Shown: positions 28,690-40,367 of the stretch, in pieces
Position numbering within the stretch: the stretch's first letter is position 1
Layout: each line of letters starts with the position of its first letter
NCBI GenBank assembly: GCA_030050035.1
Contig: JASIJW010000604.1
Location: 1-40,374, forward strand
DNA: 40,374 nt
Source of the DNA: Acidobacteriaceae bacterium
Lineage (GTDB): Bacteria; Acidobacteriota; Terriglobia; Terriglobales; Acidobacteriaceae
Direction of reading: 5' to 3'
The notes under the pieces: model-generated
What the model saw: the letters and a program-made list of their open reading frames with translations, nothing else
What the model was told of the DNA's origin: nothing
Databases searched by the model: none
Program-made: the position numbers and the translations under genes

Positions 28690-31600
28690 TTATGCCTTGG
28701 CCGAGGTCAGCGCCCCCAGATCGGCGGCGATCTTCTCGGTCGAGAAGGCTTCGAGGATGTCGCCTTCCTTGAGGTCGCCGAAGTTGGCGATACCGATGCC
28801 GCACTCCATGCCGTTGGTGACTTCGCGTGCGTCATCCTTGAAGCGCTTGAGCGAACCGATCTTGCCTTTGAAGATCTGCTCGCCGCCGCGCATCACCTTC
28901 ACCTCGGCATCGCGGCGGATGACGCCGTCCTGCACGCGGCAACCGGCGATGGTGCCGACTTTGGGGATGCGGAAGATGTTGAGGACTTCCGCCCGACCCA
29001 TGTAGTTTTCCTTGAAGGTCGGCTCGAGCAGTCCCATCATGGCGAGGCGAATCTCGTCCTGCAGCTCGTAGATGATCGAGTGCAGACGGATATCGACGTT
29101 CTCCTGCTGGGCAAGATCGGCGGCCTTGCGCTCGGGGCGCACGTTGAAGCCGATGATGATGGCGTTCGAGGCCGTGGCCAGCAGCACGTCGCTCTCCGTG
29201 ATGGAGCCGACGCCGGAGTGGATGACCTTGATGCGCACCTTCTCGGTGGACATGCGGACAAGCGAGTCGGCCAGCACTTCTACGGATCCCGTCACGTCGC
29301 CCTTGATGATCAACGGCAGGTCTTTGACGCCGGCCTGACGGATTTGTTCGGCGAGGCCTTCGAGAGAGACGCGCGAGCTCTTGGCGAGCTGCGCCTCGCG
29401 CTCCTTCATCTTGCGGTACTGCGCGATGCTCTTGGCCTTGTCGCGGTCGGCGACGACGAGGAAGGTGTCGCCGGAATCGGGCAGGGCTTCAAGGCCGAGG
29501 ACTTCGACCGGAGTGGAAGGCGCGGCTTCGGCGATTGTGCGGCCGCGATCGTCGAACATGGCGCGGACCTTGCCGAAGGTGTTGCCAACGATGTAGCTGT
29601 CGTTGACGCGGAGCGTGCCATCCTGCACGAGCACGGTGGCGACGGCGCCGCGGCCGCGATCGAGCTTGGCTTCGAGCACCGAGCCCACGGCCTTGCGGCC
29701 GGGCATGGCTTTGGGCGCCTTGATGTCCGAGACCAGGCAGATCATCTCGAGCAGCAGATCGAGGTTCATGCGCTTCTTGGCCGAGACTTCGACGAAGACG
29801 GTGCCCTCGCCGCCGGCGGCCCACTCTTCGGGAATCAGGCCGCGATCGGCGAGCTGTTTTTTCACTCGTTCCGGATTCGCTTCAGGCTTGTCGATCTTGT
29901 TGACCGCGACGATGATGGGAACTTCGGCGGCCTTGGCGTGATCGATGGCCTCGAGGGTCTGCGGCATCACGCCATCGTCTGCGGCGACGACGATGACGAC
30001 AATGTCAGTCACCTTGGCGCCGCGGGCGCGCATGCGCGTGAAGGCCTCGTGGCCAGGGGTGTCGAGGAAGACGATTTCGCGGCCGGAAGCAGGCGAGCCT
30101 TCCTTGGCGAACTTCACCTTGTAGGCGCCGATGTGCTGCGTAATGCCGCCGGCTTCGCCTGCGGCAACATCGGTCTCGCGGATGGCGTCGAGCAGCGAGG
30201 TCTTGCCGTGGTCGACGTGGCCCATGACGGTGACGACGGGCGCGCGCGGCACCTCGAGCTCGTCGGCATTCGGCGCTTCGACGACTTCTTCGATGGCCTG
30301 GTTGGCGAGTTCCTCTTCGTAGCTGATGACGGTAGCCGCGGCGCCGAACTTGGCTGCCACGTCCTTGACCATCTCGGCGTCGAGGGACTGGTTGACCGTG
30401 ACGAAGACGCCACCCATGAGCAGCGAGGCGATGAGGTCCTTGGCGCGCACTTCGAGCTTTTCGGCCAGGTCCTTTACGCTGATGCCCTCGGTGACGGTGA
30501 TCTCGCGGGTGATGGGCAGAGGCTCGGTGCTGCCGTACTGCACGCCGCTGTAACGCGGCGGCGGCACAAAGCCCTTCATCGGGCCTTCCTTGGTCTTGGG
30601 ATACTGCTGCTGGCCACGACCGCGGCCGCGGGCCGGGGCGCGCTGCGGGCGACCCGCCTCAGCAGGAGGCGGCGGAGCTCCACCGGGGCCCGGACGTGGG
30701 CCACCGAAACCGGGACGCGGACCGAAGCCCGGACGCTGGCCGAAGCCGGGGCGTCCGCCAGGAGCGCCACCGGGACCGCCAGGGGCAAAGCCGCCTGGGG
30801 CGCTGCGCGTAGGGTGTTTGGGCCGCGGACCGCCTGCGTAGGACCCGGGGGGACCGCCGGGACGCTGCCCGGGACCGCCGGCAGGGCGGCGGTCGAAGAT
30901 TGGTTTGCCGCGCTGCAGCCCGGTGGGCGCAGATGCTGTCGGGGTGGGCTGAGGAATGGTGGCCTTGTAGACGGGGCGCGGTCCGGTCTGCGGCATGACC
31001 ATGCGGCGAGCCGGTGGCGCGGGCGCGGCAGGGCGGGCTGCCGGCTCGGCGGTTGCGGAGACTTGCAGGGCCGGCTGTGATGGCGCGGGCTGGGAGACAG
31101 CCGTAGCGGCGGGCGCAGTGACCGCGGCAGGCGCGGTGGGTGTTGATTCAGCGACGGGCGCAGAAGGGCTTGCCGCAATGGGAGCCGCGGGCGCAGTGGC
31201 TGGCGCGCTGGATGCGGCTGGCACGCTGGCTGCGGCTGCGGGCGCGGGCGCAGCGGGCGGCTTGGTGGCAACCGGCTCGACGGCGTGAGGCTTTTCTTCG
31301 TGCGCCGGCGGCGGAGCGACGGGCGGCTTTACAACGACAGTGCCGGGCTGAGGAGCGACCACCACGACGGGCGGGCGCGTGGGCACAGCGGCAGGCGCTT
31401 TCCACCCCGTGGACGAAGACCTGTCCGCGGAGACCCCGGGAGCTTTGGCCACCACCGGATTGGCAGGAGGACGCGAGGCAATGGCGGGCTGAGCCGGCGG
31501 CGCCACAATGGGCGGCGCCGAGCGGGGCTGCGGCATGATTTTGCGCGGCGCAGGAGGGGCGGGCGGGGCGGCCTGCGGCGCAGGAGGCGGCGCGGCTGCA

Positions 31601-31974
31601 GTACGGGCGGGTGTGCCTGCAGCGGGTTTTGAGGCCTGCGGTGGGGCAGCAGCGGGCCGTTGCGGATGGCGCGCTTCGGCCTCTTCTTCCTTCTTCCGCG
31701 CCAGCACGGCCTTGAGTACGTCGCCAGGCTTGGAGATGTTGGAGAGATCGATCTTGGGAGCGAGCGTCTGCGCTCCGCGCGCTGCCGCACTGGCTTGCCC
31801 GGCGGGCCGTGTCTCCCGCTGGAAGTGCGCACGAATCTTGTCGGCCTCATCCGGCTCAAGCGAGCTGGAGTGCGTTTTGCCTCCGCCCACGCCGATTTCC
31901 GGAAGAATGTCGAGAATCGCGCGAGACTTGACTTCCAGCTCTTTCGCGAGATCGTTGATACGAACCTTGCTCAT
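28690..31974 (-). CDS. infB: Translation initiation factor IF-2
   Basis: [14 protein letters not shown]-terminus, long Pro/Ala/Gly-rich linker, [20 protein letters not shown] and SLKRFKDD. Confidence 0.99.
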   Translation of the reverse strand: MSKVRINDLAKELEVKSRAILDILPEIGVGGGKTHSSSLEPDEADKIRAHFQRETRPAGQASAAARGAQTLAPKIDLSNISKPGDVLKAVLARKKEEEAEARHPQRPAAAPPQASKPAAGTPARTAAAPPPAPQAAPPAPPAPRKIMPQPRSAPPIVAPPAQPAIASRPPANPVVAKAPGVSADRSSSTGWKAPAAVPTRPPVVVVAPQPGTVVVKPPVAPPPAHEEKPHAVEPVATKPPAAPAPAAAASVPAASSAPATAPAAPIAASPSAPVAESTPTAPAAVTAPAATAVSQPAPSQPALQVSATAEPAARPAAPAPPARRMVMPQTGPRPVYKATIPQPTPTASAPTGLQRGKPIFDRRPAGGPGQRPGGPPGSYAGGPRPKHPTRSAPGGFAPGGPGGAPGGRPGFGQRPGFGPRPGFGGPRPGPGGAPPPPAEAGRPQRAPARGRGRGQQQYPKTKEGPMKGFVPPPRYSGVQYGSTEPLPITREITVTEGISVKDLAEKLEVRAKDLIASLLMGGVFVTVNQSLDAEMVKDVAAKFGAAATVISYEEELANQAIEEVVEAPNADELEVPRAPVVTVMGHVDHGKTSLLDAIRETDVAAGEAGGITQHIGAYKVKFAKEGSPASGREIVFLDTPGHEAFTRMRARGAKVTDIVVIVVAADDGVMPQTLEAIDHAKAAEVPIIVAVNKIDKPEANPERVKKQLADRGLIPEEWAAGGEGTVFVEVSAKKRMNLDLLLEMICLVSDIKAPKAMPGRKAVGSVLEAKLDRGRGAVATVLVQDGTLRVNDSYIVGNTFGKVRAMFDDRGRTIAEAAPSTPVEVLGLEALPDSGDTFLVVADRDKAKSIAQYRKMKEREAQLAKSSRVSLEGLAEQIRQAGVKDLPLIIKGDVTGSVEVLADSLVRMSTEKVRIKVIHSGVGSITESDVLLATASNAIIIGFNVRPERKAADLAQQENVDIRLHSIIYELQDEIRLAMMGLLEPTFKENYMGRAEVLNIFRIPKVGTIAGCRVQDGVIRRDAEVKVMRGGEQIFKGKIGSLKRFKDDAREVTNGMECGIGIANFGDLKEGDILEAFSTEKIAADLGALTSAKA

Positions 31975-32113
31975 CCGCCTCTTTTCAGAATCTTGCCGCC
32001 AAAAAGCCCTAGCTGCTCATATTCGCTCCGTGGCATTGGCTGCTTGTAAAACTTGCGTTAACGTTCTGGCGGGCCTGGAGGAACGCGCACCTTGCGCGGG
32101 TTCCTTACGTCGG

Positions 32114-33637
32114 TTACTGGCCGCCCGCCTCGTCTTCTTCCGTGCTCTTGTTCGATTCCGCTTCGCCGGAGGGAATCTCTTCCCCGCCAGCCTGATCCTG
32201 GTTATCTGACTGCTCCGCTTCTTGGAGCACTTCGGCCGAGTTCTCGGATTCAGCTTCTTCATTGGCAGTGGCGGCTTCTGCCGTCCCCGTTTCGGCGGCG
32301 CCTCCTTCGGCGGCGGAAGCAGTTTCCGCCGGAGCGGCCGCTGCGGCGTTCTCGCCGCCTTCGAACTGGCCGAAGTAGTGGCGCACGGCAACGCTGATCT
32401 TTTCGAGCGTCTTTTCACCGATGCCGGGGATCTCTTCGAGCTGCTCGGGGGTCATGTCGGCCAGGCCCTCTACGGTGGTGACGCCGGCGGCCACCAGCTT
32501 CTGGATGATGCTGTCGCCGAGCTCGGTGACCTGCTCGATGGGCGTGGTCGGCGCGCCGGACAGTGCCTGCATCTGCTGCTCGACTTCCTGGCGCTTCTCT
32601 TCCTCGCTCTTGATGTCGATCTTCCAGCCAAGAAGCTTGGCTGCAAGACGCACGTTCTGGCCCTTCTTACCGATGGCCAGCGAAAGCTGCGTGTCGTCGA
32701 CGATGACTTCGAGCTGCTTTTCGCCCAGATCGGAGATGGAAACACGGCTGACCTTGGCCGGCTGCAGAGCTTTTTCGGCGAAGGTGGTGATCTCGTCCGA
32801 GTACTCGATAATGTCGATCTTTTCGCCGCGCAGCTCGCGGATAATTGACTGCACGCGCATGCCCTTCATGCCCACGCAGGCGCCGACGGGGTCCACGTCC
32901 TTGTCGCGGGACTGGACGGCGATCTTGGTGCGCTCGCCGGCCTCGCGGGCAATGGCCTTGATGACGACGGTGTTGTCGTAGATCTCGGGAACCTCGGACT
33001 GAAAGAGGTTCTGCACCAGCTCCGGCGCGGCGCGGCTGACGATGACCTGCGGGCCCTTGGCGGCGCGATCGACCTTGAGCAGCACGACGCGAACGCGCTC
33101 GCCCACAGTGAACTGTTCGAGGCGCGATTGTTCGCGCTTGGGGCAGCGGGCTTCGGCCTTGCCGAGGTCGAAGATGATGTCCTGGCCCTCGATGCGCTTG
33201 ACGGTTGCATTGAGGACCTCGCGCTCGCGGTGCGCGTATTCCTGGAAGACGGTGTCGCGCTCGGCCTCGCGGACCTTCTGGAAGATGATCTGCTTGGCGA
33301 GCTGCGCGGCGATGCGGCCGAGCGGGCTGGTGTCGCGATACATGCGGATCTCGCTGCCCACTTCGACACCGGGCGCCATCTCGCTGGCTTCGGCCAGCGT
33401 GATCTGATTGACCGGATCTTCAATCTCGTCCTCGCCTGCCACCACGGTCTTGTACACGTAGGCCGTGATCTCGCCGGTCTCCTTATTGAGCTCGCCGCGC
33501 ATGTTTTCCTGGGTCTTGTAGTACTTGCGCGTGGCCAGGGCAATGGCCTCTTCGACCGCGCCGACGACGATCGCGGGGTCGATTCCCTTCTCCTGGCTCA
33601 GGAGTTCAATGCTTTGATACAGCGGACTGCTGGCCAT
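32114..33637 (-). CDS. nusA: Transcription termination/antitermination factor NusA
   Basis: GRIAAQLAKQ, AREAGERTKIAV, GACVGMKGMRV and LAIGKKGQNVRLA; HhH domain and acidic tail. Confidence 0.99.
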   Translation of the reverse strand: MASSPLYQSIELLSQEKGIDPAIVVGAVEEAIALATRKYYKTQENMRGELNKETGEITAYVYKTVVAGEDEIEDPVNQITLAEASEMAPGVEVGSEIRMYRDTSPLGRIAAQLAKQIIFQKVREAERDTVFQEYAHREREVLNATVKRIEGQDIIFDLGKAEARCPKREQSRLEQFTVGERVRVVLLKVDRAAKGPQVIVSRAAPELVQNLFQSEVPEIYDNTVVIKAIAREAGERTKIAVQSRDKDVDPVGACVGMKGMRVQSIIRELRGEKIDIIEYSDEITTFAEKALQPAKVSRVSISDLGEKQLEVIVDDTQLSLAIGKKGQNVRLAAKLLGWKIDIKSEEEKRQEVEQQMQALSGAPTTPIEQVTELGDSIIQKLVAAGVTTVEGLADMTPEQLEEIPGIGEKTLEKISVAVRHYFGQFEGGENAAAAAPAETASAAEGGAAETGTAEAATANEEAESENSAEVLQEAEQSDNQDQAGGEEIPSGEAESNKSTEEDEAGGQ

Positions 33638-33771
33638 AGTGCTTGCTCTCTTCCACCATGCGCGCCGTGCAGAAACAGCTCTGCGCGGTGCGGTAAATGT
33701 CTTGCGTTACTTCCGTTCGATGCGGGGACCCGGCATGCGACCTAACCGCTGCGCTTGCCCGACCCTGCTCT

Positions 33772-34377
33772 TCAAATCTCCGGAACCAGGTTCGCCTTTT
33801 CGATGTTTCCGAGGGCGATTTCCACCTGACTCAGACCACTCTTCCGGCTCTTGCTGTTCTGCTTCACTGCGCCTAGGTCGAGAGTGATGTTGCCTTCCTG
33901 CCCGGCTATAAGCCGGCCCTGCCAGTGCCGGTTGTTGCGGACCGGCTCGAAGGTCCGCACCTTGACGAGGCAACCGGCGAACCGCCGGAAATCCTCGGGC
34001 CGGCTGAGCTTTCGGTCCAGCCCCGGCGAACTGGCCTCAAGCGTGTATTCGCCGCCTGGAACAAGGTCTTCAACGTCGAGGAGCGTTCCAAAATCACGGC
34101 TGAAGGCGGCGCAATCTTCGTGGGTGACGCCGGAAAGCTGCTCGACATTCAGCCTTCCTTCGACCAGACGCTCTGGCAGCCGCTCGGCATTGCCGTCGGC
34201 TGCCGCCGCTGCCAGTTCGGCCTTCAGCTGCTCCCGGCCGGCGGCGTTCTTCTCTAGCGAAATCCGCAGCGTCCGCTCCTTTGCCGAGCCGGCGAGCTCG
34301 AGATCGACTACATCGAGCCCATGCGAAGCGGCCACCCGCTCCGCCGCCGCCCGGATTGCGTCCAGATTGGCTGCCAT
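33772..34377 (-). CDS. rimP: Ribosome maturation factor RimP
   Basis: GVTHEDC, YTLEASSPGLDRKL and IEKANLVP; located upstream of nusA. Confidence 0.96.
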   Translation of the reverse strand: MAANLDAIRAAAERVAASHGLDVVDLELAGSAKERTLRISLEKNAAGREQLKAELAAAAADGNAERLPERLVEGRLNVEQLSGVTHEDCAAFSRDFGTLLDVEDLVPGGEYTLEASSPGLDRKLSRPEDFRRFAGCLVKVRTFEPVRNNRHWQGRLIAGQEGNITLDLGAVKQNSKSRKSGLSQVEIALGNIEKANLVPEI

Positions 34378-34445
34378 TCGCTCCTGTACTGATTCTGTTC
34401 AACTTCAGGGCTCTTCGGCCCTAACCTGGACCCTGAAATTACGGC

Positions 34446-34473
34446 AAATAAAAAGTGGGCTATGAGCCCACTC
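34446..34473 (-). ncRNA. rimP leader (attenuator-like hairpin)
   Basis: Minus strand GAGTGGGCT-CAT-AGCCCACTTTTTATTT between the promoter and the rimP start; resembles the known rimP-leader hairpin. Confidence 0.8.
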
Positions 34474-34537
34474 ATCTCTCCGCCAGCCGGTGCGCACACG
34501 GTCAAAGAAACCTGGCGGACAAATTCGTCGCTATCAG

Positions 34538-34566
34538 AGAATACCGCGATTCGCGAGGAATTTCAA
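34538..34566 (-). promoter_or_regulatory. sigma70-type promoter of rimP-nusA-infB
   Basis: TTGAAA (34566-34561), 17-nt spacer, TATTCT (34543-34538). Confidence 0.7.
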
Positions 34567-34618
34567 TGGCACAGGCGGCGCATGGCGCGCCGGGCGCTTC
34601 AAGCCCCGCGAGGCGATT

Positions 34619-35182
34619 TTAAATCTGCGCCAGCCGCGGCACCCGCGACTGGATGGGTAACGTGAGCCGGGCTATGCCGCTGAACAGCAGGCTTACCCCA
34701 ACCAGCATACCGACCACCCAGAAGGACCTCGATGGCCAGTGGAGGAAGATCAGTCCGGCAAGAATCAGTGAAACAATGCCGTCGACCAGGAACCAGCCTG
34801 CTCCGTACAGCGGTCGCAAGGCAGTGAATTCGATAATATCGAGGATGCCTGCGACGGCAATATAAAACCCCAGCACCAGGGCCAGCGCCGCCATGCCTGC
34901 GAATGGGTAAAAAAGCATGTACAGCGCCGCCAACACGTACACGACGCCAATGAGGATCTGCCAGACAATGTGTCCTGCGCCGTGCTCAGACCAGGCGTAG
35001 ATCAGGTGCGCTACCCCAGCACACAGAACCAGCCATCCGAAGAAGAGGCCGGCAGCGAGTCCGGCAACGTGCGGCAGCGTGAGTGACAAGACGCCCGCGA
35101 TCAAAAGCAGAATGCCCAGAAAAACAGACCAGCCGCGGGAATGCGATCCAGTGTAGAAACGAGATGAAGCAACCGAACTCAT
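34619..35182 (-). CDS. HdeD/DUF308 family membrane protein, copy 1
   Basis: 6-TM pattern (GW..L.AGV..L, WP..S.WVVG.LVG.SLLFSG); AAAGGAGG SD before ATG 35182. Confidence 0.88.
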   Translation of the reverse strand: MSSVASSRFYTGSHSRGWSVFLGILLLIAGVLSLTLPHVAGLAAGLFFGWLVLCAGVAHLIYAWSEHGAGHIVWQILIGVVYVLAALYMLFYPFAGMAALALVLGFYIAVAGILDIIEFTALRPLYGAGWFLVDGIVSLILAGLIFLHWPSRSFWVVGMLVGVSLLFSGIARLTLPIQSRVPRLAQI

Positions 35183-35253
35183 CTGCACCCCTCCTTTGAA
35201 GACTAGGGCTCAAATGAGTGATGCGCTTGATTCGATCGGAGTTTAACTGGGTC

Positions 35254-35267
35254 TTTATCAATATCAA
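35254..35267 (-). promoter_or_regulatory. FNR/CRP-family-like box upstream of HdeD copy 1
   Basis: TTGAT-ATTG-ATAAA, 9/10 match to TTGAT-N4-ATCAA; 72 nt from the ATG. Confidence 0.5.
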
Positions 35268-35444
35268 CAGGAACTCAGTCGACATCAACTCGTGTCGCGA
35301 GATTTCCAACGCATGTCACGGAATAGCGGCCACAGAATGCTGCCTGGCCATTGAATTGCGGCGTCCTGCGCGGTGGGTCACATTTGAACGCTTCCAGGTC
35401 CTTGGACGATTCTAGGTCGAGTGGATGAATCCGGAGCCGCCTAT

Positions 35445-36005
35445 TTAAGTCTGCGCCGCCGTCAGCCGCGGCCGCATGGGTAGCGTCAGGCGGGCCCAGC
35501 CGCTGAACAGCAGACTTACCCCAACCAGCACACCGACAGCCCAGAAGGAGCTCGATGGCCAGTGGACGAAGATCAGGGCGGCGAGCAGCAGTGAAATGAG
35601 GCCATGGACCAGGAACCATCCTGCTCCGTGCCGAGGCCGCAAGGAGGCGAACTCTGCAATCTCAAGAATGCCTTCCGCGGCAAGATAGATCGCCAGCACG
35701 AGGGCCAGAGCCACCATGCCCCTGACCGGGTAAAAGAGCAGGTACAGTGCCGCCAGCACATACACGATGCCAATGAGGATTTCCCAGAAAATGTGTCCTG
35801 CGCCGTGCGCAGACCAGGCGTAGACCAGGTGCGCCACGCCGCTAAAGAGAATCAGCCATCCAAAGAAAAGACTGGCTGCGACGCCGGCGAATGGCGGCAT
35901 CGCGATAGAGAACAGGCCGGCGATCAAAAGAAGAATCCCCAGCAAAATCGACCAGCCGCGGGAACGGTGTCCGGCGTAGTAATGCGAAGAAGCAATCGAA
36001 CTCAT
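35445..36005 (-). CDS. HdeD/DUF308 family membrane protein, copy 2
   Basis: Colinear paralog of copy 1 (MSSIASS..SRGWS.LLGILLLIAG); same AAAGGAGGGGTGC SD before ATG 36005. Confidence 0.88.
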   Translation of the reverse strand: MSSIASSHYYAGHRSRGWSILLGILLLIAGLFSIAMPPFAGVAASLFFGWLILFSGVAHLVYAWSAHGAGHIFWEILIGIVYVLAALYLLFYPVRGMVALALVLAIYLAAEGILEIAEFASLRPRHGAGWFLVHGLISLLLAALIFVHWPSSSFWAVGVLVGVSLLFSGWARLTLPMRPRLTAAQT

Positions 36006-36076
36006 GCACCCCTCCTTTGATGATTGGGGTTCGAAGGGAATCATGCGCCCGTTTCGGCCGGGATTCAACCGGCTTG

Positions 36077-36090
36077 TTTATCAATGTCAA
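36077..36090 (-). promoter_or_regulatory. FNR/CRP-family-like box upstream of HdeD copy 2
   Basis: TTGAC-ATTG-ATAAA, 8/10 match; 72 nt from the ATG, the same offset as copy 1. Confidence 0.5.
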
Positions 36091-36209
36091 CATCAACGCG
36101 CTGGCGGGGATTGCCCCAGGCCTCCTCTATGTCCAATATGTCCAACTTTCCACCGCTTCCACATACCGGAGCGCGGCATCCGTCGAGCGGGTGCGGGCTT
36201 ATCCTCAAA

Positions 36210-36249
36210 CAAGCCCCTTGACCGATTTTCAAGCCCCTTGACCGATTTT
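36210..36249 (+). repeat. Perfect 20-bp tandem duplication spanning the dnaG start
   Basis: CAAGCCCCTTGACCGATTTT at 36210-36229 and again at 36230-36249. Confidence 0.95.
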
Positions 36250-38028
36250 GCCCAATCCGTAAAGCAGCAGGTCGATATCGTCAAAATCGTCGAGGGATAC
36301 ATCCGGCTGCGCAAGGCTGGGGCGCAGAACTACACCGGTCTCTGCCCATTCCATAAGGAAAAATCACCATCGTTTTCGGTGCACGCTGTGCGACAGTTCT
36401 TCCATTGCTTCGGCTGCGGGGTTTCGGGCGACGTGTTCTCGTTTGTCGGCAAGATCGAAAACGTGACCTTTCCCGAGGCGGTGCGGATCGTGGCGCAAAA
36501 GGCCGGGATTCAACTGCCCAAGCGGGAATTTTCTTCGCCCGAGCAGGCCGCCGAGGCGCGGCTGCGCGGAAAGCTGCTGGAGCTGCATGAGGCGGCTACG
36601 ACGTTTTTCGAGGAGCAGCTTCGCGGGCCGGAGGGGGCGCTGGCGCGTGAATATCTTGCAGGCCGCGGACTTGATCCAAAGGGAATAAAGGAATTCAGGA
36701 TCGGTTATGCGGCGGACAGCTTTAACGGACTGCGCGACAGACTGAGCGGTATGGCTGACGCCGAGACGCTGCGGCAGAGCGGCTTATTTAGTTCTAAAGA
36801 GCAAGGCGACGGCTCGCATGGGCCGCTTTACGACCGATTCCGCAGGCGCATCATGTTCCCGATTGCGAACGAGAGTGGGCGGGTGATTGCGTTTACGGGG
36901 CGGGTTCTGGGCGCGGTGGACGGCGAGAAATCCGGACCCAAGTACCTGAATTCGCCGGAGACGCCGCTCTATTTGAAAAGCAACGTGCTGTTCAATTTGG
37001 ACAAGGCGAAAACCGCGATCCGGCAGATGGAGTTTGCGCTGCTGGTCGAGGGTCAGATGGACTGCATTTCGGTTTATCTGCGCGGTTTTCAGAACGTGAT
37101 CGCCACCAGCGGGACGGCCTTTACCGAACAGCAGGTGGCGCTGCTCAGGCGGCATACAACCCAGGTCGCGGTGAACTTCGATCCCGATGCGGCGGGTGCG
37201 AATGCGGCGGAAAAATCCATCTCGCTGCTGACGGAGGAGGGATTCGCCATCAAAATTGTCACGCTCGAAGACGGGCTCGATCCGGACCGCTATATTCGCG
37301 AGCGCGGGCCGGACGCATATCGCCAGGCGGTGCGCAATGCGCGGCGGCAGGCCGATTACCTCATCGAGCGGGCGCGGCAGATGTTCCCTGGCGCGAGCGC
37401 CGAACAGAAGGTGAAGGCGATGAATTATCTGCTGCCGCACATCCGGCGCATGCCGGAAAAGCTGGCGCGCGGCCAGTTCGCGATGGACGCGGCGCAGAAG
37501 CTGGGAATCGATTCTGCAGTGCTGCGCGAGGAGCTGCGGCAAGCGGCTCTGAAGCGGCGGGAGCGGGTGGAGACACGCGCAACGGCGCTGACCGAAGTGG
37601 AGCGGGTGTTGCTGCGGGCGCTGGCCATTACTGATCCCGAACATGTAGAGGCGCGCAGGCTGGCGATTGAAGCGGTAGAGAAGCGGCCGGAGGCGTTTGA
37701 GCCGCTTGGCTCGTATGCAGCGCTGCGCGCGCTTGCCAGCCGAGGCGCCGCGGACCCGATGGAAGTGGTGGAAGATGCAGCGCAACGCGCGCTGGTGGCC
37801 GAGGCGCTGTTGCACGAGACCCGCTCGCCGGGCGAGGAAGAGGTTCGGAGCGCAATCCAGGAGCTGGAGGAGCGGCTGATCGAACACCGGCAGCGGGAGC
37901 TACGCGGCCGCATTGCCGAGGCCGAGCGGCGTGGCGACTACGCGGAAGTAGCGGTACTGACGCAGCAAAAGTTGGCTCTGGACCGGGCTTTGCGGGAGCT
38001 GCATCGGAGCAATGCGGGGGCGGCATGA
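36238..38028 (+). CDS. dnaG: DNA primase
   Basis: CHC2 zinc finger CPFH...CFGC, DRFRRRIMFPI, KYLNSPET and TOPRIM motifs VEGQMD and FDPDAAG. Start taken as TTG 36238 (M-TDFAQSVK). Confidence 0.97.
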   Translation: MTDFAQSVKQQVDIVKIVEGYIRLRKAGAQNYTGLCPFHKEKSPSFSVHAVRQFFHCFGCGVSGDVFSFVGKIENVTFPEAVRIVAQKAGIQLPKREFSSPEQAAEARLRGKLLELHEAATTFFEEQLRGPEGALAREYLAGRGLDPKGIKEFRIGYAADSFNGLRDRLSGMADAETLRQSGLFSSKEQGDGSHGPLYDRFRRRIMFPIANESGRVIAFTGRVLGAVDGEKSGPKYLNSPETPLYLKSNVLFNLDKAKTAIRQMEFALLVEGQMDCISVYLRGFQNVIATSGTAFTEQQVALLRRHTTQVAVNFDPDAAGANAAEKSISLLTEEGFAIKIVTLEDGLDPDRYIRERGPDAYRQAVRNARRQADYLIERARQMFPGASAEQKVKAMNYLLPHIRRMPEKLARGQFAMDAAQKLGIDSAVLREELRQAALKRRERVETRATALTEVERVLLRALAITDPEHVEARRLAIEAVEKRPEAFEPLGSYAALRALASRGAADPMEVVEDAAQRALVAEALLHETRSPGEEEVRSAIQELEERLIEHRQRELRGRIAEAERRGDYAEVAVLTQQKLALDRALRELHRSNAGAA

Positions 38029-38672
38029 TGCCCGTCAAATTCTGGGCGCGCGTGAAGGATTGCGGGCCGGCCCGGACGTACTGGCCAGGAGGCGAGAAAT
38101 GCAGGTAACTGGGTGCGATATCGCCCCGAAATCACCTCTGTTTTCGCATCCATTCGGGGCTAAATACGTCTAAGGAAAAGGCGGAGCGGGAGCCAGGTTA
38201 GCCAAGGCCCCGTTGCGGTGAAGAACACCCGGGCAGGGCCTTGACCGCAGTTTTTTTGGTGCGGTATTGCTGGGCTTATGGTAATCTAGTGTTCTCTGTA
38301 GGATGCGCGCCATTTTGCCCCATACATGAGCTGCGGCTCGCGGGCTATTGCAGGCGAGACCTGAAGCGCCGTCATCCTGTTCCGAGCAAAACTTTCGAGA
38401 CCGCTGTGTCTCAGGCGGGGAAGAGTCCGTACCCGCTTGCGCGCCACATTTTCGGCGTGCAGTTGATGGGATCGTATTCAAGGCAGAGGTTCTGGCACTC
38501 TCTGCCCGGTTGCGGCCGGCGCGCGTACCGCCCCGGCGGCAGGCGCCGCATCGAAGTTCCTTGGTCGATTGTTGACCGCGACGGGAGAACCGCGCAAGGG
38601 GAACGTCGAGCCAGCGATTAAGATGAGGGCAAACGTGCGGACTCCGTTCGGCCCTTGGAGAGCAGGGATACT

Positions 38673-40367
<1,695 letters not shown>

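Noticed and set aside
28522-31080. 852-aa plus-strand ORF
   Set aside because: It is the antisense shadow of infB, expected from GC-rich codon bias, and has no recognisable motifs.
30690-31680. Low-complexity repeats (RPGFG x3, Pro/Ala tracts)
   Set aside because: This is the normal disordered IF-2 N-terminal region, not a repeat element or CRISPR array.
36146-36163. Possible DnaA boxes upstream of dnaG
   Set aside because: Two or more mismatches to TTWTNCACA; too weak to call.
36004-36237. N-terminal extension of dnaG
   Set aside because: Not primase-like; it overlaps the hdeD start and regulatory region.
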